Source: an uncultured delta proteobacterium
Lineage (GTDB): Bacteria; Myxococcota; B64-G9
NCBI GenBank assembly: GCA_963754925.1
Contig: CAVWHX010000004.1
Coordinates: forward strand, 224,001-288,000
Direction of reading: 5' to 3'
Length of the DNA stretch: 64,000 nucleotides
Shown here: one piece after another, positions 47,588 through 57,292 of the stretch
Layout: each line of letters begins with the position of its first letter
Position numbering within the stretch: position 1 is the first letter of the stretch
The notes under the pieces: generated by a model
Seen by the model: only the letters and a program-made list of their open reading frames with translations
Database searches by the model: none
What the model was told of the DNA's origin: nothing
Program-made: the position numbers and the translations under genes

Positions 47588-49566
47588 CTATTTCGGATGC
47601 GTGGCGATATCCCAGCACCTGCGCCAGTAAGGACTAACACTATCATCGTTGTAGAGATTGGGAACAGTACCGCTGTTTGAGGTAGCACTTGCAGCAATGA
47701 ATTTTACCAGAGCGTACCAAAGCTTCATCTCATGGCCGCCGTCGCTCACTATCCGATCAAGAAGGACCACCTCTTGGCCATTCTCGTCGAGAGGTTTTAA
47801 GCTTAAAGCTTCGCGAGGAACGAGGCGATGTAGTAGCTCGTGGTGATGGAGTATAGAGTGGTCTCGGGTATCTTGAAGCCTCCGTCGGCGCTATCGAAGA
47901 CCACTATCCCGCCACTGGCGTCGGACTCATCCAACTTCTCGTATACCGTGATCTTCTGGATCCGCGCGAGGGAATTCTCGTTGGCGTCAAACTCTATCTT
48001 CATTCCCGAGGGCGAGATCACATAGTCATCATTGGTCAAGCCCTGGAAGGCGGTGGTGTACTCCAGCACTAACTTGATTTGGTCCAATGGCAGGTAGAAC
48101 GTCACCAAGGGGAAGCCAACCTGACTGTCCAGACCGATGCCGAACGGGGCAGCTCTGAAGACATCGGCCAAGCAAAAGCCCCCTTTGCAGCGCATCAGGG
48201 AGTCGCGAATATCCCCTGCGTTGCTGACCATGGCCAGTTGGGTGCCGGTGGCTGCGCGCATGGCGTCGCTGAGCAGGTATGCCAAGTTATTGCATTCATT
48301 AGGGTGCAGCAAGAGGTCGAAGTCGGATTGGGCTAGTTGCTGGAAGTAGTCCCCGGTAAGGAAGGCACCGTCAGCCGGTGCGATCGGGTACTTCGAGATC
48401 ACATTTTCCTGGACGTCCGCGATCAGCGTCTGTTCCCACTCGCCAAGGGCGGGTAAACCGATAATCTGATCGTCGATGGGGATCAGCTGTCCCGCAGCCT
48501 CTTGCACCCGGCCGTGACCGTCGAGAATCAGATCCCAGCGGCCGAGGTATAACCCGTCGCTGCCAGCCTCCATGGCCCAGGTGCTCCACTCTCCGTCTTT
48601 GCAGGGGATTGCCACCGGCTGCTGCACGACGCTATGGTAGTGGCCGCTCAGGATGACGTCGATGCCGCAGACCTGCTTAGCCAGGTCGGCGGTCTCGCCA
48701 CTGGGCGTGTCGCCGTCCACGCGTAACCCCAGGTGGCCGAGCAGGATGACGAATGTTACCCCTTCCTCGTTACGCAGCTTGTCCACGGCCGCCTGGGTGT
48801 CGGCGGCCAGATCGGTCATGTTTTTGGGAAAGAGCCAACTAGCGCCGGAGACACTGCCGGCATCGATACCTATCAACCCGAAGATGCCCACCTTCAGGCC
48901 GCTGGGCATGGTCCGGACGATGTATGGGTAAACTCGTTTCCCGGCCTCGCCTTCCGTGCCGTAAAGGGCGGCGAGCGCGTCGTCCGAGGAATCGCTGTCG
49001 GAGAAGTGGAGGTCGGCGCACAACAACGGGACGGGCGGCTGGTCGGCGTTACCGATCATGGCCGCGGTGCCCCCCGCGGTCCAGTCAAACTCGTGGTTGC
49101 CCAGGCCCGCGGCGTCGAAATTAAGCTTCTTGAGCAGGTTGAGGTCGGCGGCGCCCTTTTCAGCGGCCACCAGCATCGAACCCATGGTGAAATCGCCGGC
49201 CGAGAGGTTAAGAAAGTCAGTCTCCACCGCAGCGTTGGCGGTCTCCTGGCGAATCTGATCCATACGGGCGCCATAGCGCGCGGCTCCGCCTTTCGTGCCG
49301 TCCCCGGTCGTGCTGGGATCGTAGGCGCAGTTCGGGAAACCCAGTATTTGTGAGTGGGTATCATTGGTCTGGAGCAGCACCAGGTTATAGCTGGTTGAGC
49401 CAGAACCTCCGCAACCATACAGCAGCAAGGTTACGCAGCCAAGCCAGCACACCATACCCAAGGGGCGGGTGCCGAAGGCCCGGCCGATTTCAAAGTGGTT
49501 TTCGCTGGCTACCGCATGCGTTGACACAAGTATCTCCCCTCGAAAGAAATAGATTGATAATCCCAT
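47588..49566 (-). CDS. 5'-nucleotidase / metallophosphoesterase lipoprotein (indels near 47795-47812)
   Basis: NDTH, AGDF, GNHEFD, GH.G, SGHYH; lipobox LYGC; C-terminus continues in ORF 47588..47770; start uncertain. Confidence 0.85.
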
Positions 49567-49758
49567 AGCATCCCGTTACCTCATACGCAAGGCGATGTTC
49601 ATCGCCGGCGTGGGCTTCTTGAAAATGTCAGTTGACAACGATGTTGCTTCATATTGTTATCAGCGAGACATTCGAGGAATTGCATACCGAGTATCGCTTA
49701 CCTCCCAACAAAAGGAAGATGTCCCCCGTCACCAATGTTGAACAAAGGAAACTAACGT

Positions 49759-50484
49759 ATGCCACCGATTGTATCTGTCCGCGAAGCCATCAAAGAGTAC
49801 GCCCTGGGCAAGACGATTGTCCGCGCCCTCGACCGGGTGGATTTGAACGTGGAACCGGGTGAGTTCATATCGATCGCCGGTCCTTCGGGCAGCGGCAAAA
49901 CCACCTTGCTCAATCTCATCGGCTGCGTCGATACCGTCACCTCGGGAACGGTTATGGTCGGCGGCCATGACACCAAGCATCTTTCTGACCGCGATTTAAC
50001 CAACTTACGCTTGAACCAGATTGGTTTCATCTTCCAAAGTTTCAATTTGGTATCGGTGCTGAACGTTTTTCAAAACGTCGAGTTTCCCCTGCTGCTCCAA
50101 CGGAAGCTCTCGTCCAAGCAACGCAGGAAGCGGGTGGAGCAACTGCTTGATGACGTCGGCCTTGCCGATCATATTCGTCATCGCCCCAATGAACTTTCCG
50201 GCGGCCAGCGTCAGCGCGTGGCCATCGCCCGCGCTCTGGTGACCCGACCACAAATCGTGCTGGCTGATGAGCCAACTGCCAATCTCGATTCGGTCACCGG
50301 CCAAAATATCATAGATCTTATGAAAGCCATGAACCAGCACGAGAAGACCACCTTCATTTTCTCAACCCATGACGTCAAGGTCATGACTCACGCCAACGCC
50401 GTGGTGCGGCTGCAGGATGGCCGGGTCCTCGACCGGGTGGCGCCCAGTCAGCTATCGAACACCAAGCCGGAGGGATCGGCATGA
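49759..50484 (+). CDS. ABC transporter ATPase, LolD/MacB-like
   Basis: GPSGSGKT, IGFIFQSFNL, LSGGQRQR, LADEPTANLD, THD. Confidence 0.93.
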   Translation: MPPIVSVREAIKEYALGKTIVRALDRVDLNVEPGEFISIAGPSGSGKTTLLNLIGCVDTVTSGTVMVGGHDTKHLSDRDLTNLRLNQIGFIFQSFNLVSVLNVFQNVEFPLLLQRKLSSKQRRKRVEQLLDDVGLADHIRHRPNELSGGQRQRVAIARALVTRPQIVLADEPTANLDSVTGQNIIDLMKAMNQHEKTTFIFSTHDVKVMTHANAVVRLQDGRVLDRVAPSQLSNTKPEGSA

Positions 50485-52595
50485 GCGCCCGCAGCGCCAC
50501 CCTCGGGATGATCGTACGCATCGCGATCCGCAATCTGTTCGCCAGTCGGGTCAAGACCTTTGTTCTGGGCGGAATCATCCTGTTTGGCACCGTGTTGGTT
50601 GTCGTCGGCGGATCTTTGGTCAACAGCGTGTCCCAGGGCATGGCGCGCAGCATCATCGGCAGCGTGGCCGGCAACATTCAGGTTTACTCGGCCAAATCCA
50701 AGGATGAGCTCGCCATTTGGGGCTCCCTCGGCGGCGATCCCGATCTGGTCCCCATCCCCGACTTTGCGGCAATGCGCGATAGTCTCATGACCATCGACAA
50801 CATCAAGACAGTCGTGCCCATGGGTATCGGCAGCGCCATGGTCCAGTCAGGAAATACCATCGATCTGACCCTGGCAAAGCTGCGCGAGACCGTGCAGCGC
50901 AGGCTTGATGGAGACGACTCAACGCAACTTCTAGACGAGATTAAGAGTCAAAAAGAGCATATTCACCAAATGATTCGGGTGCTGCAGCAAGATTGGCGCA
51001 ATATTGCCTTGGTCCTCACCGAGGGCGCCATCGAGCCCGAGCACGAACAATACGTCAAGCGAGCGGTTTCCGATGAGTTTTGGGCCCATTTTGATAACGA
51101 TCCGCTCGGATCTTTGGAATTTTTGGAAAACCGCATTGCACCGCTGCTTGCCGACGCCGATTTCCTGTTCATCCGGTACGTCGGGACCGATCTCGAGACC
51201 TTCGCCGCATCCTTCGATCGCCTGGAGATGGTTGATGGCGCCATGGTGCCGCCGGGTCAGCGAGGTTTCCTCATATCCAAGTTTCTTTACGAGGAGATGT
51301 TCAAACTGGGAACCGCCCGACGTCTGGATAAGATCAAGGAAGCCCTTACCGTTGAAGGTCGCAGTATCGACGGTGATCCCGAGCTTACCCACTGGGTCAA
51401 GGAGAACACCGACCAAGTGCGCGAGATCCTTTTGCAACTCGATGCACGGCAGACCGCTGACGTCATCAGTCGGCTGCAGCGGGCGCTCGGCGAAAAAGAC
51501 TCTGACTTGGCAATGTTGCTTGCAAAGCTCCTCAAGACTAACAACCAAAACTTCCTCACCCGCTATCAGCTTTTCTACGAGCTTGTCGCACCGCAACTCC
51601 AGCTCTACCGGCTGCGCATGGGAGATTATCTGACCATCAAAGGCATCACCCGTTCGGGCTATGCCAAGGCGATCAACGTCAAAATCTACGGCACCTTTCA
51701 ATTCAAGGGCATCGAGAAGTCGAATCTGGCTGGCAGCCTCAACTTGATGGATCTGATGTCGTTCCGTGAATTGTACGGTTACCAAACCGATGAAAAAGTT
51801 GAAGAGATCAAAAAGCTCCAGAAAGAAAGCGGCGTTGTGGCCATCGCCCGTGAAAACGCCGAGGACCAACTTTTTGGAAGTAATCGTCAGATCGAAGTCC
51901 AAGCTCAGCCGAGCGTCATCAACGAAAACCAGATACTGGGTGCGCCGGGAATGGCCAAGAACAAAGACATCGAAAAGGAGGATTTCAGCCGTGCAGAGCT
52001 TGAACACGGCATTGTGCTCAACGCGGCGGTGATTTTAAAAGACCCTCGACGGCTGGACGAAACCATGGACCAGATCCGTTCGCTAAGCGACCGTGATGGC
52101 CTCGGTCTCATTCCGCTGACCTGGCGTCAGGCAGCCGGGGTTATCGGTCAACTGGTGCTCCTGATGCGCATCGTACTCTATACCGCCGTTGGGATCATTT
52201 TCACCGTGGCGATCGTGATCATGAGCAACGCTACGATGATGGCTACCCTCGAACGGGTGACTGAGATCGGCACCCTGCGGGCGATCGGCGCTCAGCGGCG
52301 TTTCATCTTAACCATGGTGGTTATCGAGACCGTCGTCGTGGGGTTGGTGTTTGGCATTCTCGGATCGCTTGTGGGCAGCGCCGTCGTTTCATGGATACAC
52401 GCGGTCGGCATCCCGGCATTCTCCGATATCTGGCAGTTCTTCTTCTCCGGCCCGCGCTTGTACCCAACCCTGGGAATCGGCAACCTCATCGCAGCCTTTG
52501 TCCTGGTGCTGGCTTGTTCCCTGCTCTCGAGTCTCTATCCAGCTTGGTTGGCCACCCGTGTCAATCCGGTGTTGGCCATTCAGACCGAGGAGTAA
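50481..52595 (+). CDS. FtsX/LolC-like ABC permease with very large periplasmic domain
   Basis: N-terminal 'AIRNL' plus TM; ERVTEIGTLRAIG; YPAWLATRVNP. Confidence 0.88.
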   Translation: MSARSATLGMIVRIAIRNLFASRVKTFVLGGIILFGTVLVVVGGSLVNSVSQGMARSIIGSVAGNIQVYSAKSKDELAIWGSLGGDPDLVPIPDFAAMRDSLMTIDNIKTVVPMGIGSAMVQSGNTIDLTLAKLRETVQRRLDGDDSTQLLDEIKSQKEHIHQMIRVLQQDWRNIALVLTEGAIEPEHEQYVKRAVSDEFWAHFDNDPLGSLEFLENRIAPLLADADFLFIRYVGTDLETFAASFDRLEMVDGAMVPPGQRGFLISKFLYEEMFKLGTARRLDKIKEALTVEGRSIDGDPELTHWVKENTDQVREILLQLDARQTADVISRLQRALGEKDSDLAMLLAKLLKTNNQNFLTRYQLFYELVAPQLQLYRLRMGDYLTIKGITRSGYAKAINVKIYGTFQFKGIEKSNLAGSLNLMDLMSFRELYGYQTDEKVEEIKKLQKESGVVAIARENAEDQLFGSNRQIEVQAQPSVINENQILGAPGMAKNKDIEKEDFSRAELEHGIVLNAAVILKDPRRLDETMDQIRSLSDRDGLGLIPLTWRQAAGVIGQLVLLMRIVLYTAVGIIFTVAIVIMSNATMMATLERVTEIGTLRAIGAQRRFILTMVVIETVVVGLVFGILGSLVGSAVVSWIHAVGIPAFSDIWQFFFSGPRLYPTLGIGNLIAAFVLVLACSLLSSLYPAWLATRVNPVLAIQTEE

Positions 52596-52599
52596 CGCA

Positions 52600-53901
52600 A
52601 TGTTTCAGATATTGAGCATCGCCGTACGCAGTCTCGCCCAGCACCGTCGGCGCGCCCTGCTGCTGGGAGGCGCGATCGTCGTAGCGACGGCGCTGCTCGT
52701 GCTGATGCAGGGACTCTCCGCCGGCATTCGCGAGACCATGCTGCGCTCAGCCACCACCCTGAGCACCGGACATATCAATGTGGGCGGTTTCTTCAAGGTC
52801 ACTCCCGGCATCGGCGGACCCTTGGTCACCGGCTATCGGAAAATATTGGACATTGTCCAACGCGAGGTGCCCGAGCTCGATTATGTCGTGGCGCGCAGAC
52901 GCGGCTGGGGTAAGCTGATCAGCGACCGTGGTTCTATCCAAGCAGGACTGGCTGGAATCGACATCCGCAATGAACCCGGCTTTCGTAACGTCCTCCACGT
53001 CCAGGAGGGAAATCTCGACGATCTTGCGCAGCCCAATACCATCATGTTGTTTGCCGGCCAGGCCAAGAAACTCGAGGTCACGGTGAACGACATCATTACC
53101 GTCTCCGCCCAAACGTCGAGCGGGACCAACAACACCGCCGACCTGCGCGTGGTGGCGATCTGCAACGACCTCGGCCTCATGAGCCAGTTTTCGGTTTTCA
53201 TCGCCGAGGAAACCGTGCGCACCTTGTATCAGCTCACCCCCGATTCCACCGGGGCGCTGATGTTGTACCTTAAGGACCTCAAGCAGATTCCGGCCGTCAT
53301 GGCTCGGCTGCGGACAACCCTCGAGAACCAAGGATATCGCCTGATGGATCATGATCCACGCCCCTTTTGGCTGAAGTTCCAAACCGTTACCGGCGAGGGG
53401 TGGACCGGCCAGAAGCTCGATTTGACCAACTGGGAAGACGAAACTTCGTTTTTAACCCGGATTCTGACGGCGTTGGACGCCATCACGGCGGCGTTAATCA
53501 CCATTTTGCTGGTGATTATCGTCCTGGGAATCATGAACACCCTCTGGATCGCAATCCGCGAGCGCACGCGCGAAATTGGCACGCTACGGGCGATTGGTAT
53601 GCAACGCAGCCGCGTCCTATGGATGTTTTTAAGCGAAGCCTTCCTACTGGGCTTCGGCGGGACCGTGGGGGGGGTTGGGCTGGGTGTCGTGACTGCCGAG
53701 GCGATCAACTCCGCTAAAATCACCGCACCCCTCGCGGTCCAAATGATTCTTATGTCCGATCGCCTGTCGTTCTCGATTCACCTCGGGCCGCTGCTCTCCG
53801 CCATGTTAATTATCACGCTAGTGACGACTCTGGCCGCGCTCTACCCTTCCTATCGGGCGACGCGGTTGCAACCCATCACCGCCATACACCACATCGGGTG
53901 A
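52600..53901 (+). CDS. FtsX/LolE-like ABC permease
   Basis: GAGGAG RBS before ATG 52600; ERTREIGTLRAIG; YPSYRATRLQPI. Confidence 0.9.
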   Translation: MFQILSIAVRSLAQHRRRALLLGGAIVVATALLVLMQGLSAGIRETMLRSATTLSTGHINVGGFFKVTPGIGGPLVTGYRKILDIVQREVPELDYVVARRRGWGKLISDRGSIQAGLAGIDIRNEPGFRNVLHVQEGNLDDLAQPNTIMLFAGQAKKLEVTVNDIITVSAQTSSGTNNTADLRVVAICNDLGLMSQFSVFIAEETVRTLYQLTPDSTGALMLYLKDLKQIPAVMARLRTTLENQGYRLMDHDPRPFWLKFQTVTGEGWTGQKLDLTNWEDETSFLTRILTALDAITAALITILLVIIVLGIMNTLWIAIRERTREIGTLRAIGMQRSRVLWMFLSEAFLLGFGGTVGGVGLGVVTAEAINSAKITAPLAVQMILMSDRLSFSIHLGPLLSAMLIITLVTTLAALYPSYRATRLQPITAIHHIG

Positions 53902-53904
53902 TTC

Positions 53905-54699
53905 ATGCATAGCCACCTTCGATTCATACGTTGTGTTTTGCTCGGCCTTGCCGGTATAGCATCAACGGTACCGGTTCAGGCGGCCTCGCTTAATCACGAC
54001 GAACAGATTGCTCTCCTTAAATTAGTCGACGACCGCCAGAAAAACAGTGGTGATTACAAGTCCTTTGTTTATATCGAGCGCAAGGAGCGCGATAAAAGCG
54101 ACATCGTTCAAGAATTGCTGGTTTTTCGACGCGACAACGATGAGAAACTGATGCTCCTGTTTACTAAACCCAAGTCCGAGCAAGGCAAGGGGTACCTGCG
54201 GATCGACAAAAATCTTTGGTATTACGATCCCAGCGTCGGCAAATGGGAGCGCCGCACCGAGCGCGAACGCATCGGCGGCACCGATTCGCGCCGAGCCGAT
54301 TTCGATCAATCCAAATTGGCAGTGGAGTACGACCCTCGTTACGTGGGCGAGGAAAAGCTCGGGGCTTTCACGGTGCACCACCTTACGCTCAAGGCCAAGA
54401 CTGATGTGGACGTGGCTTTTCCGGTCATCCAGATATGGATCGACACCGCCACCTCGAACGTACTCAAGCGCCAGGAGTTCGCGTTGTCGGGTAAGCTCAT
54501 GCGCACCTCGTACTACCCAAAATGGAAGAAGCTCTTCAGCGATTCGAAAAAAGCCGATGTGTGGTTCCCTCAAGAAATGCGTTTCTTTGACGAAGTGGAT
54601 AAGGCAAACTCGACGCTGGTGCTGATTAAGGAAGTCGATCTGCGTCCACTCGATGCTAATATGTTCACCAAGGCCTGGTTGGAAAGCAAGAGCCGATGA
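53905..54699 (+). CDS. LolA-like outer-membrane lipoprotein-sorting family protein
   Basis: Signal peptide; F..P...GKGYL, LWYYDP, GTD....D, MFT..WL. Confidence 0.75.
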   Translation: MHSHLRFIRCVLLGLAGIASTVPVQAASLNHDEQIALLKLVDDRQKNSGDYKSFVYIERKERDKSDIVQELLVFRRDNDEKLMLLFTKPKSEQGKGYLRIDKNLWYYDPSVGKWERRTERERIGGTDSRRADFDQSKLAVEYDPRYVGEEKLGAFTVHHLTLKAKTDVDVAFPVIQIWIDTATSNVLKRQEFALSGKLMRTSYYPKWKKLFSDSKKADVWFPQEMRFFDEVDKANSTLVLIKEVDLRPLDANMFTKAWLESKSR

Positions 54700-56230
54700 A
54701 AACCATCCTGAGAGTAAGCTTGTTTATGGTTCTTCTGAGCTTGCCGGTCAGCGCAAAAGATAACGCGCCGGCCGCCGGTCAAAAACCAAGCACTTCTGCG
54801 CCTTCGACACCCGACGACACGGATCAAGCGGCGCGGCCACCAGAGAACGATCTCTTTCAGCCCGATTCTCAAGAACCTGCCTTATCAAAAACCGCCGGGC
54901 CGGAGGATCCGCTCAAGATAGGCGGTGTTTTTTACCTGCGCATGCTCGGCGACGCGCGGCAAGGTCAGAGCATCCGCGACTACAGTTTCTCGGTGCCCAT
55001 GCTGGCCGACATTTACCTCGACGCGCGCCCCAACGATCGCGTACACGCGGAACTCGTCGGGCGGATCACGTACGACCCGACCGGCAATTCATTTCAAAAT
55101 ATCATGATGAATACGATACCAAGCTCAACAATAGGGTCCAGTTCAACCTCTTCTTCGAGCTCATCTCCCAGTCCGCAGTTTATCCTCAACCAACTGTGGA
55201 TTCGGTTTGACATTGCCCGGACGGTCTTCGTCTCCGCCGGTAAACAAAACACCAAGTGGGGCAGCGCGCATTTTTGGAACCCGACCGATTTTCTCCAGCC
55301 GGTGCGCAACCCGCTCGAGCCGTTTGATATCCGCACCGGCACGAGCATGTTGAAATTTCACCTGCCCTGGGAGAAATACGGATGGAACTTCTACGCCGTC
55401 GGCCTGCTCGAGAAACCGACGCCGCTCCAAAGCCTGATCGCTCAGACTCAGAACCCATCGACCCAATTTACGACATTCACCCTGGGAAATCTTGGCGGGG
55501 CCGTGCGGGCTGAATTCGTACTCAGCACATTCGAAATTGGCGCCGACTTTGTCGCCCGCGGCGGCCAGCGGCCCAAGTATGGGTTTGATATGTCGGCTGG
55601 CCTGGATTCGCTGCTTCACGTACCGATCGACATTTACGCCGAGATGGCCCTCAGAAATGGCAGCGACACTCCACGGTATCGTCCGTCTCCACCGGCTGAA
55701 CAACTGTATCCTATCGAGATAGGATACCCTAACAATCCGAATGAAATTACTCCACAGGTCTCTTGCGGGCTGAGCTGGGAAGCTCTCTACAACGATAAAA
55801 ATCAGATAATAATCGGCGCCGAGTACTTTTACAATTCACTGGGATACAGCGACGACAAACTATACCCTTGGCTCATCGCCAATAACGCTTTTCAGCCTTT
55901 TTATCTGGGCCGGCATTATGCGGCACTATATGTAAGCCTCCCGAATCCTGGTAGCTGGAACAACACTATTTTTACCCTAAGCAGTATCGGCAATCTATCG
56001 GACAAGTCCTTTGTTATTCGTCTCGATTACTCGGTGCCGTATTAACCTACCTGACGATCGAGGCATATGTTGCAGGTTACCTGGGCCACGCGGGTGGCGA
56101 ATTTCGCTTCCGAATCAACACACCCGAAATAAATTACCCAGACAATATTAATCCAACAATAACCGTCCCCGCGTTCAATCTCCCCGTTCCAATCGTTGAT
56201 GTGGGCATAAGCCTTAGGATCGATATCTAA
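54696..56230 (+). CDS. Putative outer-membrane beta-barrel protein (frameshift near 56038)
   Basis: Signal peptide; GKQ..KWG..FWNPTDF, AEYFYN.LGY; alternate frame continues to ...VGISLRIDI*. Confidence 0.65.
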
Positions 56231-56245
56231 AAATAGGCGAGCTGC

Positions 56246-56620
56246 TCAGCGACTCCAGTAGCGTGCCTGCTTCGGCAACACCCACCGAACGCCCCCGCGT
56301 GGGTCGGGGCTGTCGCCCCTATGCCGTGGAATGATGTGAATGTGGGCGTGCGCCAGGAGTTGACCGGCCGCCAATCCGTCATTAACCCCGATATTGAACC
56401 CATCGGGATGGTGGCTGTCCTGGAGTTTCTGGCGCACTTCGCACGCCAATCCCCACAGCGCTTTCAATTCCTTCGTTGGAATGTCGAAGACTGATGCGAC
56501 GTGGCGCTGCGGCACCACCAGAGTATGCCCGAGGCCAACGGGATTGGCATCCAAGACGGCATATGCGTATTCGTTCTGCATCCAAACCTTGCCGGCCATC
56601 ATGGCGCAGAACGGACACAT
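56246..56620 (-). CDS. HIT family hydrolase
   Basis: MCPFC, GHTLVVPQRH, DGFNIGVN.G.AAGQ, HAHIHII. Confidence 0.9.
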   Translation of the reverse strand: MCPFCAMMAGKVWMQNEYAYAVLDANPVGLGHTLVVPQRHVASVFDIPTKELKALWGLACEVRQKLQDSHHPDGFNIGVNDGLAAGQLLAHAHIHIIPRHRGDSPDPRGGVRWVLPKQARYWSR

Positions 56621-56874
56621 CTTTTCTTTTTCCGGTTCAATGTTCAACACGGGTACAACCCCCACACCAACCGGATCAAAATTTTCAAACGTCACGTTAT
56701 AATGGCCACACTGGGACACCCTGCAGGCACAAAAAGTATAGTAGACCGAAACGGTCTTTTCTTGCAAGCAAAATCTACAGTGCAAAAAAGGCCGGAAAAT
56801 ATAAACTATTTTGTAATCGCATCCGACAAACGTGGTGCCTATTATTTCCAATAGTGCTTCACGAACAGGGCGGT

Positions 56875-56904
56875 TTGACACCATACCGACCAAAATGATA
56901 TCTT
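56875..56904 (+). promoter_or_regulatory. Candidate promoter of NifU gene
   Basis: TTGACA-18 bp-TATCTT with TG extension. Confidence 0.45.
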
Positions 56905-56941
56905 TAGCAACAGTGTAATCTACCTGGAACGGAGCCCTATC

Positions 56942-57169
56942 ATGAAAGAGCGAATCGAAAAAATCATCGAAGAAAAAATCCGTCCCTATCTCGAAGCGGA
57001 TGGCGGCGGCGTTGAATTTGTTGATTTTGATGAATCCACCGGGATCGTCAAGGTGCGCCTGCGCGGGGCCTGCGCTGGTTGCCCCGGAGCGCAAATGACT
57101 CTTTCTATGGGTGTGGAGGCCATGCTCAAGGAAGAAGTTCCCGAGGTTAAAAAGGTTGTAGCGATTTAG
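56942..57169 (+). CDS. NifU/Nfu-type Fe-S carrier (single domain)
   Basis: IRPYLEADGG, GACAGCP..TL..GVE. Confidence 0.92.
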   Translation: MKERIEKIIEEKIRPYLEADGGGVEFVDFDESTGIVKVRLRGACAGCPGAQMTLSMGVEAMLKEEVPEVKKVVAI

Positions 57170-57271
57170 AGCCCGTTAGCGAACGCAGTGAGCTTACGGG
57201 CTCTTATCCCTGGAGCGCAGCGACAGGGGTTAGAGACTGCAACTCGCTCCGTTCGCAACATTCTCCTATCC
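57166..57271 (+). repeat. Palindromic module A copies 6 and 7 (57166-57209, 57230-57271) with linker hairpin
   Basis: TTAGAGCCCGT...ACGGGCTCTTATCC; CCCTG-GAGCGCAGCGA-CAGGG; degenerate TTAGAGACTG...TTCTCCTATCC. Confidence 0.8.
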
Positions 57272-57292
57272 GTTGTTAAAAAAGACAAGTGA

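Noticed and set aside
50931..52007. Long antisense ORFs (also 6910-7863 and 30259-31233)
   Set aside because: Shadow frames of GC-biased genes with no motifs of their own
56621..57094. Long N-terminal extension of the HIT protein
   Set aside because: Antisense to the NifU gene and its promoter; family homology starts at MCPFC
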